Assembly: GCA_905331295.1 (NCBI GenBank)
Contig: CAJNYD010000432.1
Span: 47,566 to 67,565 of the forward strand
DNA length: 20,000 bases
Source: Rotaria socialis
Taxonomy: Eukaryota
Direction of reading: 5' to 3'
Below the pieces are notes generated by a model. The model did not search any database. It saw only the letters and a list, made by a program, of their open reading frames with translations, and had not been told where the DNA came from. A program made the translations under genes and the position numbers. Positions 10,441-20,000 of the stretch are shown here, one piece after another. Within the stretch, counting starts at the first letter, position 1, and the number at the start of each line of letters is the position of its first letter.

Positions 10441-11600
10441 CTACCAATCAATATCAAATTTGACTGGAAGGTGATCACTGATGCGAAGTGCGTCGTCCAA
10501 CGTCATGCCAAATCTTGTGCCGAAATCTACTGTCGTATTGCTTCGTGCAATGATCGCATTCACAAAATTGTTTCCATTGATGAGAATACGATCGTATGTA
10601 CATGTCTGTCGAGTATTTGTTTTCACTTGATTATTGATCATCCATTTAAAATCCGCAAAGAAAATGCTGCTACAAAGGAAACATAGTTTGACAGGATTGA
10701 CTACTCAGATAAATATGCAAATGAACTTACCGAAGTTGGTCTTGTCGTGCCAGAGAGATGTATGTGCAATCCGCATTGAAATCACCAACAATCAAAATCG
10801 GATGTTGTGTATGTAAACTAGGTTTATTCTGACTTGTAGGATTTTCAACATTTTGTATAATGGCCTCGGCATAAGATGTTGCTGTTTGAGAGAAATATTC
10901 TGGATGTCGAATAATAAAATCTTCAATGACATGGCGCATATTCACTGACTCTTGATAGGCATCATCCGGTCGCAGGTGTACATTCATCGTGTATTCAGTT
11001 ATGCTAAGACTTAGGAATCATTTAATATATATATATATATATTCTGAAGATGGAGAATCACAACATTTCTGAATCGTCACTCATAATGGTGAACATTTTG
11101 ACGCCTGACTTGCCCGGTTGTTTGACTTTATACGTAGCCATAGAGCTAGAAATAGACATAGAAGATTTGCTTGACAAAATAGTCTGATGCATTTGAAAAT
11201 TTTACGGTGCTCGTTCAAAATAATCGTATTTACTGTCATCGTAGACTGATGCACTGAGCAATTGTAAGCCAGAAGTTGCCTCTCGATTGAAAAAAATGTA
11301 TTGTTCTTTCGATGTTGAATCACCGACACGCTCGCTCAAAGTCATAGTATAGGGGCCCAAATTTGACACTCTATTGAGTGCTTCATGTAGAACAATGGGT
11401 GCTTTTAAGGATACATCGGTTATTTCTTGAATAGCAGCCAAGTCAAAATCATTGATTATTTGAGCAATAAGATTGGTCAACGTAGCATTGGATGACTTTT
11501 TGGGACCATATTGATGCAAATTAAACGAGCCGATTCGAATAGCCGATGCAAAAGAGCCGAGTATAACTACAAGAAGTAACTTGCATGAAATGTTAATCAT
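10441..11600 (-). CDS. Secreted deoxyribonuclease I-family endonuclease (EEP fold), 4 exons, about 325 aa; exon 2/3 junction uncertain
   Basis: Signal peptide then IRIGSFNL, DLAAIQEITD, SKEQYIFF, FERAP, NVHLRP (His134 equivalent), VGDFNADCTYI, TCTYDRIL and ISDHLPV (His252 equivalent). Exons 11600-11206, 11145-11065, 11003-10731 and 10669-10441; introns of 60, 61 and 61 nt; total 978 nt in frame. Confidence 0.9.
10984..11084. other. About 93-bp insertion flanked by a TCAT duplication inside the DNase coding region
   Basis: TCAT at 10984-10987 and 11081-11084. Removing the insert plus one copy joins VKMFTIM to NVHLRP, matching DNase I VKEFAIVALHSAP. The ends are weakly inverted (GTGTATTCAG / CTGAATCGTCAC). 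Confidence 0.55.
11025..11042. repeat. (AT)9 microsatellite
   Basis: Perfect AT dinucleotide run in the middle of the DNase insertion. Confidence 0.9.
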
Positions 11601-11648
11601 GTTTTCTTGTTGTTTCGAAAATTCTTTATGGTTATTGCGACTGCATGA

Positions 11649-11655
11649 TTTTATA
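11649..11655 (-). promoter_or_regulatory. Possible TATA box of the DNase gene
   Basis: TATAAAA on the minus strand about 50 nt upstream of the ATG at 11600. Weak in an AT-rich background. Confidence 0.25.
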
Positions 11656-14089
11656 ACAAGTGTCGACTATCAAATTTTAGATACATCCACGTCAAAAATT
11701 TATGAGTTAGTCGAGTGCCGGCAATATAATTTATTGACTTCGTTAACTGAAAGACAATAATATGTGAAAAATGACGAAATCTATTCTCATGTATAGCCTA
11801 TCGCAACGGTAATAATACTTATTACTATCACTATCAAATATTGATTTATGCACTTTTCAGATTAAAATAAATATTTTCATTGGACGAAGCAACATTATTT
11901 TTTAGCGTAGTAGCTGGGAGAGAAAAAATGAACCTTTTGAAGATTGATAGATATTTGTAGAAAATGCAGATAGATTGTAGCACGAGAGCAAGGCAGCAAT
12001 ATTTTGCCGAGGGTCTGGTTAGAAATAGAACTATGTAAGACCAATTGTTACTTTCACATCCGCATCGCCACTCTCATTCCACGATGTATACATTAAATAG
12101 AAGCTGTCCGCATAGAATGAGCAAGCTGCAAATAACCGATAGTGCCTTAAATCGTCCATGTGGGGATCATCCACAAAATACAATACGTAAGCTGAACTGA
12201 GTTTTTTAACCAAACACTATTCTACGTCAATATGCCACAATACAGCATGAAACTACCGATAATTTTCAATGTTCTTAACAAAGAAATGGGAAGCAATGCG
12301 AGATTGAAACGAAAGTTAAACTCAACAATACAAGCACAACAAAGTGGACTAGTGTGAGGAAAATGGAATTGTTGGTCATTCTTCAATACAAGGCTCAGTC
12401 CTTTTTTTCTCTTCCTTTAATCATGTTTCTCTTTGAGATTCGTTTAGTCGCTTTCCAATGCATAAAAAGAAAACAAGAAATTCCCTTCTCAAAAATTTTA
12501 TATCTGTTTCGATATTTACATTTTTTGAAACAAATCATTCATGAAATTTCTTCAGTGGATAGTCTAGATGTACGTACAAGTTCGCTCTCAAATCAGATTT
12601 TGAAGGAGCTTAGGCTGCATAAACATTAAACTAATATCTCTTGATTTTTGAAATGCTAAAGATATAGTTTTACTACATTTGAATCCAGTTACTTCTAAAT
12701 ATTAACTTCTTGGTTCGATTTTCAATAAGATATAAAAAAAAGGAGTCATAATCTCTATTTTATTCTAATGTCGATTTGTTCGATACTCAAACATTCTCAA
12801 CAAATAAAACAAGGTTAACACACCATACACGAATAAATATATGACATTGTTACACAAAATGTTTCTTGTGCAGTCAAACTTTGATAATAATTCAGATTTC
12901 AAGAAAAAATATATAGCTACTCTCAAGCCATCTTTGCGTAATAACTTGATTATTTTTATGCCAATTAGAATTCGTCACTAGCCAATACTATGACTTGCAT
13001 TTTATTTTCTTCCGTTTCATAAAAATTAGTTGAATTCAAAAGACTGTTGAAATAACTCGGTTGATTACCGAAAATCGAATTCATCAAATAAAATATATTA
13101 ATATCAGTTAACTGTGAATAAGTAGGAAAGAAACATAATAGAGTGCATAATTGCCAAAAGCTACTACTTCAGAAAATGTTAATTATCTAAATAAATTTTG
13201 TATTGTATGAAATAATATTAATATTCTAACGTAGATTATGAACAAACCAAGAACGCTTCTTAGCAAAATTGATAAATTTCAACGCGTACTTCTTTAAAAT
13301 CTTTTCTTCTCAATTTTACTGCAAATTAATCGTGATTGATCATTCAAATTCTTTTGGATTTGTGTTCAGTCGTCGATAGGTGTACATTTTCAATGTTTTG
13401 CTGCTGTTGGTTACTTTTTTATGGTTGACTTTTAGTTCTTATAAATAATAATTTTTGCTCCTATATTATTTAATTTCTATCACGTAACGTCTATTGCTCT
13501 AACGATTTATTATTCTTGCAGAACAAATCAATAGTAATAATACAAATATTAAACTTCAGACTCATAAAATCAATCTTTATTAAACAGAACACTTTTTTTA
13601 TTCGATCTTTTTGATTTCGACATTTCTACAACACGCCTGGATATTTGTACGAATAAATACTTCCAATAAAATGCCTTCTCATTGCATAGGTATATTAATG
13701 TTAAATAAAAAGTATTCAATAATGCATATTGATAATAAAAAAAAATCTTCTATATCGTTATAAGAAAAAATATGTAAACTTGGTTGAGTGCTACACTAAA
13801 TTGTGTCCAATTGGAATATACATCATTAGTTCGCTAGTTTTTATTTTCTTCCATTGAAAAGAAAGAAATTGTCTCACCCCATGCGTCTAAAATGGAAGCC
13901 ACCCCATTAAAAGTAAGAGCTTTTTTTTGTAAGAAAAAAAAAGAAAGGAAGAAAAAATAGTAAATGTGATTCAGTGACTCGTGCTTGGCTGTAAAGCTAA
14001 TATTACGACAATTATTCGGTGTCTTATTACTCGCTTGAAGAAAAATTCAGCATATTTGAAAGCGAAAAACAAACGATAACAATTTCTAA

Positions 14090-16363
14090 ATGCAAGTATT
14101 GATTGCTTATCCATTTAAAAGTGAAATTCCTCATCAAAATCGATTAATTTATTTACCAGAATTAGTTCAAGATGAATCCAGCCTTCGTGTTGCTATTCGT
14201 CAACATCATCCTCATATTATTATTGTTGGAAATAATGCTGTCGGGAGTGAAACACTTGAACTATGGCGTTCAGTTATGAGTAATAACATTCAGTTAACAT
14301 TAATTCGAAGAGGTTCATCACTTTCTCGTATTAATCTTGATTTAGCCAAACAATTACATATTAATGTATTAAATACATTGAGTGTGAATTCTCGATTTGT
14401 TGCAGAATATATGATTGAACATCTTCATTTACCAAGTAATGGAACTTGTTCCAACATTGCAATTATTGGATCGGGAGCTATTGGAAGTCGAATTGCTTAT
14501 CGTTTATTTAGAGCTAAACATAAAGTTAATGTTTATAGTCCATCATTAACCAATCCCGATGAAACTTGCCGGAATAAAACTCGACGAAAAAAAGGTATCT
14601 GCTCGTCTGGCATAGAAGTTTCTATGACACCCGAACAGGCTGTTGTCAATGCTACACATGTTATACTTGCTATCGATGCTGATAGAGTTACAAGTGTTAA
14701 TGAACAATTATCGAAAGAAGTTTTTCAAATCATACCAAATGGTGCCAGACTTGTATCTGTTACTGAATTTCGTGTATTTGCTGACGGAGCTCTTGATATT
14801 ATTATCGAACGTGTTCGACAAGGGCAAATTAGTGCTCGTTTAGATTCGCATGCATTCGATATAAATACGATTAAAGATCCTCCAACAGAATTAGAAGCTG
14901 TATCAGCTGCAATGACAGTACCTGGCTGTGGTGAAGCTATGGACCAAGCAGCTCTTATTGTTCTTGCTAATGTTGTACTCGAACAATCTTTGAAATCGCC
15001 ATTAGCATTTTCTCTCGATTCATCGAAACAAAATGAAGAAATCACTGTTATTGGAGCAGGTATCCTGGGCATAGTAACTGCCTTTTTTCTTAGTGAAAAT
15101 GGTTATAAAATAACTATTATTGATGAGCACGATCGTCCTAATCTAGTAAATAAACTACGTCAACATGAAATTGCGTGCCGCGGTACTACACTTGACGGAT
15201 GCGATGCACGGCAGGCATCTATAACAGAAACAATGCCACATGCGTTATTTTATAGAATAGATAGTTTAAGAAAATTTCCGTTAGATAATGGAGGATGGAA
15301 AATAATACCCGATCAATATACTGACCAAGAAAGTGCTTGGGTTGATAGATTTAGCGAGCTTGCTGGTTATCCAGAATTAGTTGTCAATCTAGTGAATCAG
15401 TTTGTATCAAATTTAAACAGACGTGGGATTGAATTATGGGAAGATATATTCCAGAGTTATCCACAATTAGTTCAAGATACTATTAAGAATAGTCGAATTA
15501 TTCGAGTATGTTCATCATCAACTTCATTAAATGTTGTTTCATCATTTCAAAAAAAGTATCATAAAAATGAAGATAATCTCGAAATTTTATCACGTGCGCA
15601 AATTCTTGAACAAATACCTGGTATTGAACTTAAAGATGGAGACGCTGGAGGAATTCAAGTACCTGGTTTTACTGTTAATCATCTAAAACTTTGTCAAAAT
15701 ATGATTGGATATTTAGAAAAAAATCCGAATGTTAATTTTAAATGGTCAACTAAAGTTAATTCAATTAATAATATATCTTCGTCAAAAATAATCTTTGCTT
15801 CAAGTCTCAATCGATTGGACTCTTCACTATTAGACAATATATCATTAGCTATTCAAGGTGTTCTCGGGTGTTGGATAAAACTTCCGAATGTTCATTCAAT
15901 AAAACATGGATTTAAAATAGCAGAAAAAGAACCAATATCTGTTATTAATGTGACACCAAGTTATGATGAACAATATTTATATGTAACAGGTGCTTTTGGT
16001 TTTTGTGGCCAACGTGGAATAGTTCAATCTTCTTATCTTTCACAATTAGTTGAATTATTTAATTCGACCATACGTTGTTATTTACCTGATGAAATGGAAG
16101 CAAGTGAATCGGAAATCGTTCCAATACAATATTGTATTCGTCCAATGACTCCAGATGGAATGCCAATTATTGCTCAATTAGCTGTTCAAAATAAAAAACA
16201 ACAAGTGTATTTTGTTGGTGGAACGAATTCTGGAGGACTTGTTCAATCACCAATTTTAGCAACAGTTCTCTTAGACTTAATTCAAGGTTCATCCAGTAAT
16301 ACAAATCTTTGTCACGTTTGCAGATCATTACGTCTTGATAGAAATACTTTATTATTTAATTAA
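14090..16363 (+). CDS. Intronless fusion: D-isomer-specific 2-hydroxyacid dehydrogenase-like domain plus FAD-dependent D-amino-acid oxidase/dehydrogenase (DAO/DadA)-like domain, 757 aa
   Basis: N-terminal part (aa 1 to about 297): LIRRGSSLSRINLDLAKQLHINVLNTLSVNSRFVAEY resembles the SerA/PdxB substrate-domain motif, and IAIIGSGAIGSRIA is a NAD Rossmann motif (14462-14485). C-terminal part (from aa 318, 15041): ITVIGAGILGIVTAFFLSENGYKITIIDE is the FAD motif, followed by CIRPMTPDGMPII and GGTNSGGLVQSPILATVLLDLI, typical of the DAO-family C-terminus. Confidence 0.88.
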   Translation: MQVLIAYPFKSEIPHQNRLIYLPELVQDESSLRVAIRQHHPHIIIVGNNAVGSETLELWRSVMSNNIQLTLIRRGSSLSRINLDLAKQLHINVLNTLSVNSRFVAEYMIEHLHLPSNGTCSNIAIIGSGAIGSRIAYRLFRAKHKVNVYSPSLTNPDETCRNKTRRKKGICSSGIEVSMTPEQAVVNATHVILAIDADRVTSVNEQLSKEVFQIIPNGARLVSVTEFRVFADGALDIIIERVRQGQISARLDSHAFDINTIKDPPTELEAVSAAMTVPGCGEAMDQAALIVLANVVLEQSLKSPLAFSLDSSKQNEEITVIGAGILGIVTAFFLSENGYKITIIDEHDRPNLVNKLRQHEIACRGTTLDGCDARQASITETMPHALFYRIDSLRKFPLDNGGWKIIPDQYTDQESAWVDRFSELAGYPELVVNLVNQFVSNLNRRGIELWEDIFQSYPQLVQDTIKNSRIIRVCSSSTSLNVVSSFQKKYHKNEDNLEILSRAQILEQIPGIELKDGDAGGIQVPGFTVNHLKLCQNMIGYLEKNPNVNFKWSTKVNSINNISSSKIIFASSLNRLDSSLLDNISLAIQGVLGCWIKLPNVHSIKHGFKIAEKEPISVINVTPSYDEQYLYVTGAFGFCGQRGIVQSSYLSQLVELFNSTIRCYLPDEMEASESEIVPIQYCIRPMTPDGMPIIAQLAVQNKKQQVYFVGGTNSGGLVQSPILATVLLDLIQGSSSNTNLCHVCRSLRLDRNTLLFN

Positions 16364-16945
16364 AATTTATCATACCCATCTGATCAAATTCAAGTTAAAT
16401 TTATTTTTAATTAGTTACTTTTTTCTAATTAATCAAAATGAAAATATTTTATTTCTAATAAATATTCTCTATATAAATTATTAGCATGTATAAAAGTATC
16501 ATAAGTTAAAATTCTGGACGACTATCTATGTAGATATAGTACGTGTAAAAGTTCTAGATATAATTGTTTTTGAATGAGTTTTTAGCTCCTCAGGGCTATA
16601 AAACTATTTTTGTAGGATAAAGAATTTGATGCTAACCTGTTTATTAACGAAAAATGATCTTTTCAATAAAATTCAATTTATCATATTTAATAGTTGAATA
16701 ACATGCACTGTAATACATATCCTATGGTACATCTTTCTGTTTACGAAAACCTAAAACAACGGAGAACAAGTGCATTAACAGATTCGAAAACATGACTATA
16801 TCACTTTTTTTTATAGAGCTGAATACTCGAATGTTGTTTTATTCATTTTACAATTCAGAAATCACAAATAGTTCATAATTCAAAGAGTTTTCAAGTTTGT
16901 TGTGATCATACAGTAATTAAGACTTTGCGTTTTTGAATCATGAGA

Positions 16946-17400
16946 TGCCTAGTTCGAATTCGAGTATAAATGGGCACCCAACTGTATGGTATCAATTCGA
17001 AAATAAGCGATAGAAATAGATTCAGTTTTAGTTTTATATTTAGTTTTAGATGGAGTGGGTGTGGGTTGAGGAGGACTAAGAGGTAACTGTGGATGACTGT
17101 GCGAGTGATGGGTGCCCGGAAAGGGTGCGGGGTGGGGGTACCGGAATGCTTTAAATGTAGTTGTGAGTGATGGATACCATGAAGGAGTGTTCAAGTGTGG
17201 GTGAACGAGTAGCTGCCTAATTCGAGTTCGAATATAAACGAAATTTTCCAAAATTTTCATCAGCTCCGATCCATTCAAAGAAAAAGCTGAACTTTCTGCT
17301 ATACTTTCCTATTAGAATAGGAAAATAGGAAAATTTGCTTTGAGGGTGAGGATGTGAGTGTGTGTCTTGCTTATATACCCCCACACCCACCCTCAAGTTG
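16946..17400. repeat. Degenerate repeat-rich patch, probably a transposon-end remnant
   Basis: 27-bp direct repeat TGCCTARTTCGARTTCGARTATAAAYG at 16946-16972 and 17214-17240 (4 mismatches). Many GGGTG/TGTGGG/TGAGGG motifs at 17052-17205 and about 17341-17360, an inverted CCCCACACCCACCC near 17378-17392, and recurrent TTCGA motifs. Confidence 0.55.
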
Positions 17401-20000
17401 AATCTGAACAATGAATAGTTAGTTAATAAAAAATAATCTGGTGAATTCTGAAATATGTTTTTGAAAAAATGAAAAATAACATGGCAGTCGATATAGATTG
17501 GATTATTTTATTTCGAATGAGCTTTTTTCATTTACATTAATCTTTTCTTTTTACTTTTTCAAATCTATAATGAAATAGTTTATGTTGTACAAACCTATTT
17601 CAATAATCTTGGTTTATTAAGTAAAAATATTTAAACATCCGTATTGTTGCATCTCGTTTAAAGCAGTACGATACGTGCGCTTAAGTTGATTTTTTTCATA
17701 AATGAGTACCACTCAGAAATATAACAAAAATTATTTGTTATTCAATGGCAGTGACATATACTTTTCACTAGAAAATAACGAAAATTATATATTGAATATC
17801 TTCGTTTGATGGGAAAATAATTTGATTCTGAAAATAAATAAATGTGCATAGATTTATGAGTTAATGAAAAGTATTTTAAACTAAAAGGATAGCTTTACAA
17901 TGCATTCTTGTTCATAAAAAAGAAAGAAACCAATCATTGGTTACATAAAATGGGCAGCGTTGATTATCGACTAAAGAGAAATAATTTTCGTAAAAGTCCA
18001 TTACAATATGTAACTCTAATGAAGTGAAACAAAAATAAAAGTCTGAATATTTAGGATCAGAAATGTTAAAATTTCAATTTAGAGAATACGAAGTAAGAAA
18101 CTTTCATCTAAATAAATATGAAAGAGTTTTGTAAGTTTTTCGTGGTAGGTTTTTTGTAATCCATCTCTGTTCAGAAGATTGAATAAAAGTTGCTATTTCT
18201 TATCGACAAATATGTCATTTGCTGTAAAAACTTTTATTTGTGACACGATGATCTCAAGAACGGAATTTTCCGTAATGTTCGTTGAAACGGCTTTAGTAAC
18301 ATTTCGATCTCTATATGATACAAATTTTGTCCGATGTCTCCCGTCGAATTTGGTTTGGGTAAAGTAAAATACGGATCATATTTCTCAGTTAGCCGATTCC
18401 ATGTAGTCAGACTTGGCGTTGATTTAGGCATGATTAAAAAGTTGACGATTAAATTCATAAGTTTTATTAAATCTTGAAAATTCCTTAGTCTAAAAATAAA
18501 TAAATATTTAATATTCAATCATTCAAATAAAACCGAATAGTTTACTTATTGATGCTGACTTTTATGAATGTAAACATCGTTGCTGTTAAAATGAGACAAA
18601 ATACTGGTGGTAACACTATCTAACTTCAAGGCCGACGGATGTGGAATATGTTGTAGGCTTTCCGCGATCGTCAAGTTTTCTTGAAAATGGATAATACAAT
18701 CAGATAAAAATCTTCATCTTGCTTACTGTTTATAAAATAATCAACACTTTTATTTTGAAATTAGTATGCTTAGTTGTTTGTTTTCTATAACGAAAATTTG
18801 AATAAAAAGAAACAAGATGTTGATTCAGCAGAATTTGATTCGAACATAGCTTACAAAGGAATGAAACTTGCTTGAAGTGATCTAAATTGAAAAATAAAAT
18901 ATATCTCTACTCATAGTTTGAAATCAATGGATTTAAAATACAATCATGAAAACGATGCATCTACTTTTTTTAAATATGAAATACTTTCAGATTTGTTCAT
19001 TAATACTCTAGGACTATCGTAAACAGACGAAGCAAAACGTATGTAGTTCATGTTACTAATCGTCATACTAATTCAAAGATATTGATATTTTACCCATTGT
19101 CTGTTGTTCCTATTGTGTAGGTCGAGAAGCTATAAGTCACCTGAATTTTAATAATCATGTTTGTTAAAATGTGATTCTCTAATTCTAAGTATGTGCCTTT
19201 CTGTTTTGATGGCATATTGATTTTATTCAGTTCTTTTTCGGGTTCTGAGGAAAAAACACAGCAATTTCATGAAACAATTAAATGCCTGTGATTTTTCTAT
19301 GATAAATTAGAGTTACAGTTTATTACTCAAAGTGATGTGTTAGACGAATATAATTTAATTCATACATCATAGAAAAAGTATCGAGTGACTTTATGAAGAT
19401 TGCGTCTGGTGAGTGTCTTTTCTACGATTAAACACAATTAAGTATTTTCGATGTAATTTTGAAAATCAAATGAAAACTCTGTTTTAAACTTATAATAACA
19501 CAGATTTCAATTGGTTCATTCACTGCATACTTTGAAACGAAGACAAGTTGTTGCTCTTTAAATTGACTCTGGAATGCAATTATTTTTTGAAGTATAGGAT
19601 ATTTTACCGTTTCTACCTATTTCCAATGCTAGAAATTCTAAAATTAGTATGACGCAAGATGGTGATGCTCTGAGAATTAGCAAGTTGTTACTTTGAACAA
19701 CTAAGTTTTGAGATCAGGAATACTTCGATCTAAATGGCGAATGTTCTTCTATTTGTTTTGTGAATAAATTTCAAGTTATTATCTAGGATCAAAGAATCTA
19801 ACCTACTCATTTTTTCATGAAAGTTCGTTATTTAATGTTTTAATTTCACCAACAAGAATATTTATCGTTTGGTAAATTTCTACTTGTTTGCGTTTTTATT
19901 ACCCTTTGACCTTCCTAGGTCCTATAGGGACACCATTAATAACAGTTTTCTTTCGTTTACAAGCTTAAAAATAAAAGGAAAAACAATGAGCGTAATACCA

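Noticed and set aside
10315..11329. ORFs 10315..10686, 10634..10816 and 11081..11329
   Set aside because: Antisense or off-frame overlaps of the DNase exons.
14643..15072. ORFs 14643..14843 and 14725..15072
   Set aside because: Fully nested shadows of the 757-aa CDS.
16949..17411. Pro/His-rich ORFs that both end in LYSNSN*
   Set aside because: The shared ending is the translation of the 27-bp direct repeat, and the HP richness comes from the GGGTG motifs. No coding evidence.
1..20000. Prokaryotic operon, defence island, tRNA or rRNA interpretation
   Set aside because: Phase-consistent spliceosomal introns and low gene density indicate eukaryotic DNA. I saw no tRNA or rRNA signatures by eye.

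Overview
AT-rich eukaryotic genomic DNA with short (about 50-100 nt) GT-AG introns. The composition, intron size and mix of animal-type and foreign-looking genes suggest a bdelloid rotifer, but that assignment is inference only. Supported content: (1) a K/E/R/Q-rich exon with an 87-bp tandem repeat (742-1319, -); (2) a small single-exon RFamide-type neuropeptide precursor (1966-2202, -); (3) a non-autonomous TIR element (about 2980-4074); (4) a complete 6-exon, 533-aa APC-superfamily amino-acid permease of the fungal/plant GABA-choline (UGA4/HNM1/BAT1) type (5080-8848, -), whose 1.9-kb first intron carries a Mutator-like MITE with a clear target-site duplication (6949-7680); (5) a secreted DNase I-family gene (10441-11600, -) interrupted just before the catalytic His by a TCAT-flanked insertion that may be spliced as a new intron; (6) an intronless 757-aa two-domain enzyme (14090-16363, +) fusing an atypical D-2-hydroxyacid-dehydrogenase-like module to an FAD-dependent D-amino-acid oxidase/dehydrogenase-like module, the most unusual item in the window; (7) a degenerate repeat-rich patch at about 16946-17400.
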